42,839 nt of DNA from Nitrososphaeraceae archaeon. Its GTDB lineage: Archaea; Thermoproteota; Nitrososphaeria; Nitrososphaerales; Nitrososphaeraceae. The DNA lies in contig JBIOZG010000019.1 in the NCBI GenBank assembly GCA_044870765.1, positions 1 to 42,839 on the forward strand. Direction: 5' to 3'. Within the stretch, counting starts at the first letter, position 1, and the number at the start of each line of letters is the position of its first letter. The notes under the pieces were generated by a model. It saw only the letters and a list, made by a program, of their open reading frames with translations, was not told the origin of the DNA and did no database searches. Made by a program: the position numbers and the translations under genes. This document shows positions 19,343-29,314 of the stretch, piece by piece.

Positions 19343-19957
19343 GTGTCTTTTCCAAGCGATATTTTTTCAAGAATGTTTACTGACAAGAATACACAGTTAC
19401 TATACCCCAAAGAGGATGTTCCGGCTCATGATACAGAGGACATCGTACAGACGAACATTTTCAATGTTATGTTGAATAGAAGATCACAAAGAAAATTTGA
19501 GAATAAAGTGGTGGAAGAATGGAAGCTTGAAATGATTTTTGCAGCCGCTGATACTGCACCTACTGCAGGAGGCTTCCAAGGTTTCGAAATATATCACATA
19601 AAAAATGAGGAAATTAAGACAAAGCTGGTCGAGGCAGCCAACAATCAACCATATGTGCATGCACCAGTTGTACTTGTATTTTGTATAAATCCCAAGAGAA
19701 TAAAATTAAATTTTCCACCAGACATGATCAGAAAATTCTCTCAACAAGATGCCACTCTTGCAGCGGCATATTCCCAACTTGCTGCACATGCTTTGGGATT
19801 AAGCTCCATATGGATAGGCATGTTTGATGAAATTAAAATAAAGGAAATATTAGGTATAGATCTCTCGCCATCCTCTATTCTTTGCCTAGGATATCCAGTA
19901 AAGATGCTGGTGCCAAAGCCAAAGAGGAATCTCAAGGACCTGATCCATGAAATTTAA
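19343..19957 (+). CDS. Nitroreductase family protein
   Basis: RRSQRKF, APTAGGFQ, QDATLAAAYSQLAAHALGLSSIWIGMF, LCLGYP. Confidence 0.92.
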   Translation: MSFPSDIFSRMFTDKNTQLLYPKEDVPAHDTEDIVQTNIFNVMLNRRSQRKFENKVVEEWKLEMIFAAADTAPTAGGFQGFEIYHIKNEEIKTKLVEAANNQPYVHAPVVLVFCINPKRIKLNFPPDMIRKFSQQDATLAAAYSQLAAHALGLSSIWIGMFDEIKIKEILGIDLSPSSILCLGYPVKMLVPKPKRNLKDLIHEI

Positions 19958-20107
19958 TTTTATCGGAAATCACAAGAATTACAAGTCTATTTTATTGAGC
20001 GCTTCAATAGTAAGACTAGTGAGGACTCTACAGCATTTATCTGTTTCCATTGGTCCCCATTTAGGTAAATTAAACTTAAGAAGATCTTAAAATGTATTGA
20101 AGAAAAA

Positions 20108-20713
20108 CTACGTACCGTTATTGTTAGTTTGTTGCATCTCTTTATGAAATCTGGTAAGGAATTCTTGTATTCTTTTTAATTGAAGATTAATGGAAATTAT
20201 AAAACTTTCAAGATCATTATCATTTTGTGGTTTACCATCTACGAGAACCAGCTCACTCAGATTCAAGAAAGCTTCAATGTATGATATAAAGTCCAATCTG
20301 AGGGTATTATCGGTTAATTTGTCTCCTACCTGTCTCGTAGCATCTTCTATCTCACGAATTCTGAATTTGGCAATTGGCATAAAATTCTGCTTAATAAAAT
20401 AGTGCAGCTGTTCGCTTGTCGTATCTCCCGAGATATAATCGGTCAAATAATCCTTCAACTCTTGTTCTTTTTTCTGTATATATTCCAGGTGCACAATGAT
20501 TCTTTTACATTCGAACTCCTTCTTTGCTATTTCATCTGATCTTCTTTGTGCTAATAATGAATCCATCCTGGATGTCATGGAAGAAATTTTTGATAGTAGT
20601 TCCTCGGCCAATTTCGCAGTTTGTGATTGAACTATAAACACTACAATTGCAATTGCAATACCAATGATTAGTTCAATAATTGTAGCCACCCAGTTGGGTA
20701 TATCAAAAGCCAA
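20108..20713 (-). CDS. Hypothetical protein, N-terminal membrane anchor plus helical domain
   Basis: 201-aa ORF, single N-terminal TM (WVATIIELIIGIAIAIVVFIV). Confidence 0.7.
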   Translation of the reverse strand: MAFDIPNWVATIIELIIGIAIAIVVFIVQSQTAKLAEELLSKISSMTSRMDSLLAQRRSDEIAKKEFECKRIIVHLEYIQKKEQELKDYLTDYISGDTTSEQLHYFIKQNFMPIAKFRIREIEDATRQVGDKLTDNTLRLDFISYIEAFLNLSELVLVDGKPQNDNDLESFIISINLQLKRIQEFLTRFHKEMQQTNNNGT

Positions 20714-20919
20714 TCAGATAAAAGAATACTACTTTAGAATTTATATTTTATAATATTCACTTTATTTTCCCTGCGAATTTACTATTTTTGAGCTATAAAT
20801 ACCTCTTTCGGAGGTCTTGCTCCATAATCATCTATATAGAAACGATACTTTTTTTTACAAAATTTTTATGATATTTTCGATTATGATGTAAGTTATTAAA
20901 TGCCATACCCATAGAAATT

Positions 20920-21303
20920 ATGATGAGTAAAATTTATCTTTACTATATTTTATTTGGAGTAATATTGGCAGGAGTATTAATTTTCTTCATAAATCAAGAA
21001 TCAAAGGTTCCATATGCGTTAGAAGTTGATGCTACGAAGGACACTACTGATATCGCTGGAACTTACTACAGAATAAGAGTCAATAATGTTGGAATCAATT
21101 CACTCTCTAATATTAGTGTGTATTTAGGGAAAAATGACATTCAGAATCTAGATACGCTTGCACCAGGTCAATCATTTTTCTTTTATCCAAAACCCGAAAC
21201 AAACTTGGAAAAGATCAGTATAACCGCCAAAGAGGGTATCAACGTGACTACGGACTACCGTACTCCGCTAAAAGGAATTGGTTTGCCAGGGAGTGGTAGG
21301 TAA
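20920..21303 (+). CDS. Hypothetical membrane-anchored Ig-like/CARDB-like protein
   Basis: N-terminal TM then beta-rich segment (RIRVNNVG...LAPGQSF). Confidence 0.7.
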   Translation: MMSKIYLYYILFGVILAGVLIFFINQESKVPYALEVDATKDTTDIAGTYYRIRVNNVGINSLSNISVYLGKNDIQNLDTLAPGQSFFFYPKPETNLEKISITAKEGINVTTDYRTPLKGIGLPGSGR

Positions 21304-21377
21304 TATCGATGATGGTTTAAGAATCATGTGCGATGTCCTTAGAAAATAGTAAAATATAGAGTACAATAATCAAGACC

Positions 21378-21695
21378 ATGTGGTTTTCGACTCTACCCTG
21401 GGGTTGCATACCAGAGTTATATTCAAATTGCATGGATATGACCAATTCATCTAGTACCTATCTGGGAATCATTGCTGGCTCAATAATTGGTGGAATAGTT
21501 AGTTGGTGGATTTTCAATAGGCAAAAGAAGACTTCTGATAAGCAGGATTATACATTTAATCGCATTGAACAATTAGAAAATTATAATGAAAAACTACTAG
21601 AGAAAATCGAAGAAGTCGAAGAAAATAATGAAAAACTACTAGAGAAAATTTTCGACCTAAACAAAAAAATTGATCTGTTGCTTGAAGATCAATAA
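21378..21695 (+). CDS. Small single-TM coiled-coil protein
   Basis: TM YLGIIAGSIIGGIVSWWIF followed by heptad region with a 14-aa duplication. Confidence 0.7.
   Translation: MWFSTLPWGCIPELYSNCMDMTNSSSTYLGIIAGSIIGGIVSWWIFNRQKKTSDKQDYTFNRIEQLENYNEKLLEKIEEVEENNEKLLEKIFDLNKKIDLLLEDQ
21583..21649. repeat. Direct repeat, 25 bp identical, 42-bp period
   Basis: ATAATGAAAAACTACTAGAGAAAAT at 21583-21607 and 21625-21649. Confidence 0.9.
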
Positions 21696-21970
21696 AAAGT
21701 ACTCAAGCAATAATAAAATGCGAAATCCAGAAGACTAGTGTATTACCCATGTATATGTCCTCTTGGTAAATGTAATTTGTTTTGGTGATTCGTTGTGGTA
21801 TCAGTATTGTCTGTAATATTTGTGAAGAGTTGCCAGTTAAAAATCTGATCCGAAATGAGATTAGACTGAGGGCGAACCGCCCGTCAACAGCATGCCGTTA
21901 CATGATCCTAACTTATTTATTGATACTTATGAAATCTTTATATGTATTAAATTACATCAAATTTGTGACC

Positions 21971-22330
21971 TTGGCAGAGCAACCCGCAGAGAAAAAATCA
22001 TTCAAAGAGCAGTATATCGCATTCCTTATAACCTTTGGAATAATTGGATTAGCAATTGCTTTCGTTATAGGTCAGGCAGTATCAAAAGTGGTAAATTCAT
22101 TTGTTAAAGATATTATTGATCCTACTATTGGTCTATTCCTACCAGGAAGTCTTAGTAACATGTCTGCAACTGTCACAGGTATATACGGTGTACCCTCCGA
22201 ATTCAAGTACGGTGATCTAATTTCAAACATCATAGAATTTATTATTATTGCATTACTTGTATTCCTCGCATACAAGGTGCTATCAAAATACGTATTACTT
22301 GAGGACAAGACTAAACCAGAAGAGAAGTAA
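21971..22330 (+). CDS. mscL: Large-conductance mechanosensitive channel family protein
   Basis: LAIAFVIGQAVSKVVNSFVKDIIDP...FKYGDLISNIIEFIIIA; TTG start at 21971 preferred over 21782. Confidence 0.85.
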   Translation: MAEQPAEKKSFKEQYIAFLITFGIIGLAIAFVIGQAVSKVVNSFVKDIIDPTIGLFLPGSLSNMSATVTGIYGVPSEFKYGDLISNIIEFIIIALLVFLAYKVLSKYVLLEDKTKPEEK

Positions 22331-22664
22331 GCAACCAGAGCTTAAGCATTATGCCGTATCGATTTGCAATTGAGCTATCCATATTATTTAATGTCAGTTT
22401 GATGTGCCAAGGTGTTTTTACCTATTCGGGAATATGTGACGACATTTCAATCAATCATTAATTTTTAACCTCGTCAATATTCTAATCATGGTATCAATAA
22501 TTTCAGGGTTAGGTAGGTTTCAGACATTGTATAAAGTACGATCCTATTACTTGTATAGGAAGCTAGGAACAGTAGAGAATATTGTGCGCGACCAAAGTTG
22601 ACTTGAACTAAAAATAAACTTAAGAAAAATTAATAAAAAAATACTTTGATTTATTAAAAAAAAG

Positions 22665-22919
22665 TTAGGAAATTCCCAAATTTGGGAATGACGATAAGGC
22701 GATGTTTAATTCACCCTGAATTTTCCTAATCTTGTTTGCATATTCATTCATTTTGGTATCATCGTTTTGTACTTTTGCTATTCGATACCCTTTCCAAGCT
22801 TTTCTCAAAGCTCCCCAACTTTGTCCTACAGTAAAACTCTGTCCACTTACGTTTGTATGAACCTGTCCTACTGGTTGGCTTGTTGTTATGTCGTTTTCTT
22901 GAATTGAGGCTAATGCCAT
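22665..22919 (-). CDS. Conserved small thaumarchaeal hypothetical protein
   Basis: 84 aa; GQSWGALRKAWKGYRIAK...YA.KIRKIQ.EL pattern recalled in AOA proteomes; T-rich tract downstream. Confidence 0.7.
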   Translation of the reverse strand: MALASIQENDITTSQPVGQVHTNVSGQSFTVGQSWGALRKAWKGYRIAKVQNDDTKMNEYANKIRKIQGELNIALSSFPNLGIS

Positions 22920-23169
22920 GCGATAAAGAGAATAGAAATATACTTACAACAAATAGTCAGTTTTTTGAAATCATCTAGTAAAAAAAATTAGAACATTAGT
23001 CACTCTCAAGTATATCCCAAAAACAATAGAATTTCAATCAGGATAAAATTACATCGAATATTCGATAATTAACGGTCGTAAATTAATGTTTTTTATATAA
23101 ATTGCATATTTTTACTAAATTTTTTTTAGGATTTCTTGAATATTTCATTAAACCTTTAAATGACCTTGT

Positions 23170-23877
23170 AGGACTATTTACCGTGCATGAGAATAGCAAT
23201 AAAATCCTAGATAAAAATAATTTTAGTAACAATGTGGTTGCGCGTTATGTGGCAGGATAATTGAAAACAAAAAAGCGAAAGAAGTAAATAATAGATGGAG
23301 ATAAATATCTGTTTGATTCCCGCAATTGGATCACCATATTTATGAAATTAGCAAATCCATATGGACATGAGTTTAGAGTATCGAAGAACAATATATTTAC
23401 AATCCTAATTGGGAGATTATTGTTCCGAAGGAACACGAATTTGGTATAAGAAATGACATAGAAATGAGAAAATGAAACATTTCAAGTTATTAGAGATCCT
23501 TTTCAAGTGCAAGATCTTGTTTTCAAGTTAGCAGGGTCATCAAAAAACGAAATTAAGAATGAATTCAGAATCGAAATTATGAAACTTGAAGAATCTTCAA
23601 GAATCGGGGCTTCAATCTTGTTAAGTTGATAGAAAATTTGTAACCTACACCGAATTAAAAGACGACACGAAAAAAACTTCTTGTGAAGCAATTGGCGTGT
23701 CTTTTTCCACTATCAAATCAACTGTTATCTTATGTTACTATATTTGAAATCATATGGAGACAGCAAGAACTATATCAACAAATATCTAAATTCGAACAGC
23801 AGATAGAAACATCTGAGCAAGTCAATAAACAGTTAAACGAAACAATAGGTAATTTAAAACAGCAATTAAAATTTTAG
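23170..23877 (+). pseudogene. Degraded Nitrososphaera-type sensor histidine kinase (sensor part only)
   Basis: Fragments over frames: VVARYVAG*..IIDGDKYL; EEQYIY..NW..IVP; ETFQVIRDPFQVQDLVFKL..SSKNEI; VDRKFVTYTELKDDTKKTSCEAIG..STIKSTV; LSYVTIFEIIWRQQELYQQ. These match the recalled consensus VDRK....ELKDD......AIG..TYSNSKSTVLSY.SIFE.LW.Q.ELY. No HisKA/HATPase follows. Confidence 0.7.
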
Positions 23878-23924
23878 CTGCGAATAATGCTCTATTTTTC
23901 GTCAGTGAAACCTATTAGAAAAAT

Positions 23925-24155
23925 TCAGGCCGATTGAGATCCTTCAATATATTTCCAAAATTCAATTTTCTCGCCACAACCATCGCATACGTATATTTCA
24001 CATAGAGTTGGCTTAGTTGAGTTAGGTGTAACTTGAATGGTATCTTCCAGATAAAAAGAATCCGAAGAGCATTTTCTACACCAGTGACTGGAGGGTAATC
24101 CGGATGATTTTGTCTTCCTTTCTTCATAAAGACTGACAGAATTTGAAATAATCAT
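23925..24155 (-). CDS. Small zinc-ribbon protein
   Basis: CRKC...CDGC pair; start at ATG 24155 (MIISNS) preferred, 76 aa. Confidence 0.6.
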   Translation of the reverse strand: MIISNSVSLYEERKTKSSGLPSSHWCRKCSSDSFYLEDTIQVTPNSTKPTLCEIYVCDGCGEKIEFWKYIEGSQSA

Positions 24156-24527
24156 CCCATTTGATTCAAGATCGATAAAACCAGAGACAAATACCGTATT
24201 GATAGTTACTATAATAGGAAGTAAAAACACGATATTTTGCTCGTCACGCATAATTGTCATTGCAAGATATAGAACTAATATCATTAATAAGAATATCCAT
24301 AGAAATATATCTCATTTACGCTGAAAAATCAGAAATAGTATATAATTGATGACCAATTAGGGCTCCGAGTATGGCAGTTACCAAATTACAATATTAGGGA
24401 TAACTCCCATTTTTTCCAATAGATGGAAATATTTTAAAATATATTCAATGAGCGCTTTTTAATCAATCTTAAACCTAACTAGTGAAATACCTAAGTACTT
24501 CGGTGACGTATAACATACTGGTGTGCC

Positions 24528-24809
24528 TTGTTAGTAAAGGTAGACAAGATAATAAAAAGAAACAAAATCAAAGTTATTGAACTTGATATTGATAATTATG
24601 GCTCAGTCATACCTCTTAGAGAATTAGAATTAAAGCTGCCTAAAGATGATTCGATAATTAAAGCTCTTTCATCCACTGAATATGCGGCAATTTTTACTCA
24701 AGCGGATATTGACGGAGTTGGTGAAACTATTATTTTAGCCAATAGCGTTTCAATCGATGAATTAAATGAAGAAAAAAAGAAGGCAATTGACACAATGAAC
24801 AAAAAATAA
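24528..24809 (+). CDS. Hypothetical protein
   Basis: 93-aa ORF with host-like composition, TTG start. Confidence 0.6.
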   Translation: MLVKVDKIIKRNKIKVIELDIDNYGSVIPLRELELKLPKDDSIIKALSSTEYAAIFTQADIDGVGETIILANSVSIDELNEEKKKAIDTMNKK

Positions 24810-24951
24810 TATGATTGTTATATTTAGTACAGCGATTTTTTCATATATATCACCGCAAAATGCTAGGAAACAGGATGTTAATTCTTCTAGTTGGTGTCTC
24901 AAGTTACTTTAGAAGAAATGCTTTTGTTGTGCAGTTGTTAACTATGATTTT

Positions 24952-25641
24952 ATGAAGACTCTGGATTTCCTCAAAAGGGATGAGCTCGAAAAATATCTGG
25001 TTCAAAGTGGAATAAGGATTGATGATTATGTCAATACTGCAATGGATATGTCCACTGAAGTCCATAGTGGAATAAAAAGGGAAGACAATCAATCTCCATT
25101 TCTTGAAACACACATCTGGCCCGTTACGAGAGACGTAGTTGAGCACTATCTTACTGTTAATCGAAATATAACTAGTGTAGAAATAGTTTCCTCGATATTA
25201 CATGATGTAATGGAAGATAATGACAGAATACTCGATTTGTACAAGACCAAGGAGTACGGTTTTGATGCATATCTCAAATATAGATTTGGCAACAGAGTCT
25301 ACGATATCTGTATGGACCTAAAGATAAAACCACTCGAAAATTTCTCTGGAGATAATGATCAGCAAAGACAACTAGCCAGATTCCATAATTACTGCAAAGG
25401 ATTAAGCTCTGCTGACTATGATATAAAAGTCATAAAACTGGTTGATAGAGCGAATAATATGAAATTCATTAGTAATATGTCAAAGGTAGAAGGAAAACTA
25501 GTAAATAATAAAATTAAAAGATATCTACGTGAGGCTGAGGATTTTTACCTTTCCTTTGCATTACTGGAACCTTCTACGAAGGATCTATATCTAAAACTTA
25601 GAGAATCGTATGAAAGTCTCAAATCGTTACGCATAAGCTAA
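24952..25641 (+). CDS. HD-domain hydrolase, RelA/SpoT-hydrolase (Mesh1/SAH)-like
   Basis: H..IKR....PFLETH, ILHDVMED, RFGNRV, VIKLVDRANN motifs. Confidence 0.82.
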   Translation: MKTLDFLKRDELEKYLVQSGIRIDDYVNTAMDMSTEVHSGIKREDNQSPFLETHIWPVTRDVVEHYLTVNRNITSVEIVSSILHDVMEDNDRILDLYKTKEYGFDAYLKYRFGNRVYDICMDLKIKPLENFSGDNDQQRQLARFHNYCKGLSSADYDIKVIKLVDRANNMKFISNMSKVEGKLVNNKIKRYLREAEDFYLSFALLEPSTKDLYLKLRESYESLKSLRIS

Positions 25642-25838
25642 ATATTTAGTTAGAAAAGTTTCATAAATCATATTTCGTGCTTGTTAGAGATATCTCAATT
25701 AGAAAAAGGTAATGAAGTTAGTGTCTTTATCGGTTATTCTAATTGCAAGTTCAGAATTTATATTTACATCCGAAACATGTTGTGGCAGTTATAATATTGT
25801 CTCGTCCACATTTAGGGCCACCGGGATCAGAGCCAGAC

Positions 25839-27137
25839 ATGGCAAGAACAATGGTTCCTCCTCCAAGCACTGGCAGCGGATCAATGAAGAGTCTGAAACT
25901 AAGATTTCCAAAGAGCACTGCCTACAATAGAGGAAGCATTTACGTCGTTCATATGCTAAAACAGATCTGCAAACAATGCGAGAATCAGATACCTGCATTT
26001 GCATTGGAACCCGTCCTGAAGGCAACGGAAGAGCTGGATGTTATCTTTCGACAGAGGCGTAAAGGTTTGATCATAACCCAGAGGAAGAACCTCATTGTAA
26101 TCCATGCAGACAGGATACGGACCTTTGGAAACAGGTATATGCTGGAAAGCGATCCCGATGGCTCCAGTATTGGTGTTGCGGTTACAGGTTCTGCCAGATT
26201 GCACGATTTGTTCATTGATGTTTGCAAAAGCGGGAATGTCATTATGAGTTACAAAGGCCAGAAAAAGAAAGCTCCCGATGAGAAAGAGAGTGTGGTCGAA
26301 ATGCAATTTTCAATAATTACATCAAATGAAATCGACAGCGTTTACACGTATTATTACACCGTTCGTAAGGATCATTTGAAAAAGGCAGAATTAGACTCCT
26401 TGAGAAAAATGGAACTCAAGATTAGCCGACTCTCGCTTTCTCCAGAGCCCTATGTAATGACCGGCGAGGGTAGAGCCTGTAAAATTACGGCAAAGGAATT
26501 CAAAAAGATGTTTGGAGTCAAGTTGCTAAAGGCACCTGCGATAGCAGACGATCGCTATACACAGGATCTGAAAAACATCAATAATTCATATCGCAGGTTG
26601 CGTCCATATATCGACGGCCACTGTTCCTTTGACGAAGGACTCAAAAGTGACGACCTCCGTTACGTCTCAAAAAAGTCGCTGCTGGGCAAGATCCTGGGTC
26701 AATTTCACGCCGGCAAAATGCACCTGCCCGGGGTTGTAATTGTCAGGGTAAACGAGTTGGTCGGAAACGGGTTGGTAGCCGGACAGTACATCGCACCTGG
26801 AACGATAATAGGAGAATATAGTGGAGCGATTGTAAAGGTGGCTCCAATAGCGACTAATGAGAACATGGATAACACATATTTTGCGCCCTATTCTACAGAT
26901 GAAGTTCCCAGTAGCGAGATGTTTGTTATAGATGCAAAAAAGGCTGGAAATCCTACTAGGTTCATTAACCATTCAAATGATAATTCAAACGCTGTATGGG
27001 TGCCTGTCTTTGATGGAGAAAAATTTCGTTTAATAGTTGCGGCTACAAAAGCCATCCCAGACGGCAAACAGATTCTTTTAAAGTACCGTTTCAGTTACTG
27101 GTTAAATCCCCGCATCCCAAGCCCGGTCCCTCTTTAG
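25839..27137 (+). CDS. SET-domain protein-lysine methyltransferase with long N-terminal extension
   Basis: GNGLVA, GTIIGEYSG, IDAKKAGNPTRFINHS, ATKAIPDGKQILLKYRFSYW are the canonical SET motifs. Start ATG 25839 or 25884. Confidence 0.9.
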   Translation: MARTMVPPPSTGSGSMKSLKLRFPKSTAYNRGSIYVVHMLKQICKQCENQIPAFALEPVLKATEELDVIFRQRRKGLIITQRKNLIVIHADRIRTFGNRYMLESDPDGSSIGVAVTGSARLHDLFIDVCKSGNVIMSYKGQKKKAPDEKESVVEMQFSIITSNEIDSVYTYYYTVRKDHLKKAELDSLRKMELKISRLSLSPEPYVMTGEGRACKITAKEFKKMFGVKLLKAPAIADDRYTQDLKNINNSYRRLRPYIDGHCSFDEGLKSDDLRYVSKKSLLGKILGQFHAGKMHLPGVVIVRVNELVGNGLVAGQYIAPGTIIGEYSGAIVKVAPIATNENMDNTYFAPYSTDEVPSSEMFVIDAKKAGNPTRFINHSNDNSNAVWVPVFDGEKFRLIVAATKAIPDGKQILLKYRFSYWLNPRIPSPVPL

Positions 27138-27590
27138 CATATCCATATTCCATATGGTATGACATGAACTATGCCAGACTGTCCGCATTAGCTTCCCTAC
27201 AATACCTCTTATTGCTGCCTACATATCACACAGCCTTCCATTACCATCATGTATGACAACTAGAGAACTCTAACATTTTATTTATTTAGTCACCAGAATA
27301 ATAAGGCCGACTATCAGAGTCGCAGTTGTTAAGATTAAGAAAGATGGTCCATTTAGAGAGGTCGTGAGGGTAGGTCGGCATATAACGTGGTACGTGGTAT
27401 AGATACTATGTACATCTACCGACTCTTAAACTAGCGTATCTCCAAGTGATTGAATATACCTTAGTATGTTTTGAAGTGTCATTTGTTCTTCAGGATAGGA
27501 TAGGATAACATGGAAATAGTCAAAATAAAAAGGCAATAAACTTTAGACTTGAAAGATATTCTATAATCTATATTTTTTACTTTGTACCTA

Positions 27591-28154
27591 TTAGTTAGGA
27601 ATTGTATTGTTAGATGCTGTCGAAGTCATATTAATTTCCGTTTCTGGTAATCCTGAAACTATTTGACCACGGATTTCTCCATTCTGAAATTCTCCTGAAT
27701 GAACATTTACATATACTACCCCATCGCTCATAAGACCGACAAGCTCGGAGAGTTCCTTACCTTTCAGAGGACCTTGCAAGTCATTCTGTGTTATATTTCC
27801 ATTCAATGATATTGTTGAGTTACTACCGTTTTCAGCAGATTGTTGTCCAGATAAACTAACTATGATATCACCATTTTGTCCGGCACTGCCGTTATGTATA
27901 TGCGCTCCAGTTATCTCGTTCAGGCCAGTCAGGTTAATCCAATACGATACTTGTGTTCCATTGTCGTTGGTTTGGAACTTAGCCCATCCAGTTGCACTCG
28001 AATCCGTTGGAGGAACTTCTTCTTTGCCCGATAGAGTCGCAGAAAATGTCTCTCCCTCCTGTGCTTGAAGTGAGCCCAATGACCCGGCGACTGCACTAAT
28101 TGATATAATTGCAGCTAATATGGTTAAAATGGATAACATGTGTTGTTGTGACAT
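27591..28154 (-). CDS. Secreted CHRD-domain protein
   Basis: Signal peptide; ATLSGKEEVPP, GAHIH, YVNVHS...GEIRGQI. Confidence 0.92.
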   Translation of the reverse strand: MSQQHMLSILTILAAIISISAVAGSLGSLQAQEGETFSATLSGKEEVPPTDSSATGWAKFQTNDNGTQVSYWINLTGLNEITGAHIHNGSAGQNGDIIVSLSGQQSAENGSNSTISLNGNITQNDLQGPLKGKELSELVGLMSDGVVYVNVHSGEFQNGEIRGQIVSGLPETEINMTSTASNNTIPN

Positions 28155-28327
28155 TAGAATATCATAGCTCTATTACTATAAATACTATCACTACATCTTA
28201 CAAAATTACCCCAAGAGGGATTCATCTAATATTTCTGACCACGTATCAATTTCTTGCAAATATTACAATCTCCAAGTCAAGCGGGACCCATGGTGCTATC
28301 AAGTATCGAATAAAAAATAATATAAGA

Positions 28328-29209
28328 TTATTTAGTTTGATTTTGCGCATTTGGTAAAGGTAGTTGGAAGAATGGAAATCCACTGGTACCGAGTGCATAA
28401 GGCATCTGGCCATTCCATTTTGTTATAGCTTGCCATTGTAGATATTCTGGACTTTCTCTTAATTGCAGAGTTATAATTTTTATTGCTTGGGATTCACCGC
28501 CAGCCTTGGCAGCGTTCGCTCTCGCCTGTCCTTCAGCTTGTGCAACACTTTGGTTTGCAACTACCTCAATGGCCTTTAGATTATTTTGTTCAGTAAGGAA
28601 CTTTTGAAAAGCAACTACTTTTTGTTCTATTTGTGTAGCGAAAGCATCTGAAAATTTAAAATCAGTGATAAATACATTTTGTGTTTGTATATTATTTGAA
28701 GCAAGGGTACTTCTTATGGCATTCGCGATAACACTTTTTGCTGTTTCTCTCTTTGTGATCAATTCTTCTGCATTAAATTTGGCTACGCTGGCTTTGACCG
28801 ATTCTTGAATAGTTGGGGATATTACACGATCTGCATAGTTGACGCCCAATACTTGATAGATCCGATTTGTTTCTTGTGGATCGATTCTATAGTTTAATGC
28901 AATAACAGTCTGTACTTCTTGCAAATCGTTTGATGCCGCAGTTGCTTCTGCTTGGAATTTTTGTGTTCTTACCTCCATTTGAACGACTTGTTCTACAAAA
29001 GGAATAATGAAATGCACACCTTCTCCTAATACCTTATTTTCAACTGCTCCAAGGTATAGTACAACTCCCCGATGACCTGCTTCAACAATCACTATTGATT
29101 CAGCCAGTACAACTATAATAATAATTACTGTAATAACTGCTGCAGCAATTTTTATCTTACTACTACCTGGAAAACGTCCTGGAAAACGTGGTGCTTTATA
29201 GTATGACAT
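28328..29209 (-). CDS. Prohibitin/SPFH (band 7) family protein
   Basis: N-terminal TM, VEAGHRGV, GEGVHFIIPF, AKFNAEELITKR, FSDAF..IEQKVVA. Confidence 0.92.
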   Translation of the reverse strand: MSYYKAPRFPGRFPGSSKIKIAAAVITVIIIIVVLAESIVIVEAGHRGVVLYLGAVENKVLGEGVHFIIPFVEQVVQMEVRTQKFQAEATAASNDLQEVQTVIALNYRIDPQETNRIYQVLGVNYADRVISPTIQESVKASVAKFNAEELITKRETAKSVIANAIRSTLASNNIQTQNVFITDFKFSDAFATQIEQKVVAFQKFLTEQNNLKAIEVVANQSVAQAEGQARANAAKAGGESQAIKIITLQLRESPEYLQWQAITKWNGQMPYALGTSGFPFFQLPLPNAQNQTK

Positions 29210-29314
29210 CCTTGATTAAGTTAAAAGTTGTAAAGTATTGTATATATGTTTAGGCTTAATTCTGTTCTTCCTTTCTTTTTTTATCAAACTTACCTCCGAG
29301 CAAATATGATAAAT

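Noticed and set aside
21782-21970. N-terminal extension of MscL, and a small hairpin TGAGGGCG-aac-CGCCCGTCA near 21867-21886
   Set aside because: The extension has no MscL character; a single short hairpin is insufficient to call an RNA element.
23245-23877. Three short ORF-track calls (23245..23436, 23503..23691, 23683..23877)
   Set aside because: Antisense shadows or a fragment of the histidine kinase pseudogene.
25712-26972. Several overlapping ORFs within the SET gene
   Set aside because: Expected by-product of higher GC; no motifs.
27300-27440. Possible structured RNA or IS end downstream of the SET gene (GCCGACTATC vs GGTAGGTCGGC; AGAGTCG vs CGACTCT)
   Set aside because: Stems are short and ambiguous; no terminal repeats, target duplication or transposase found flanking the SET gene.
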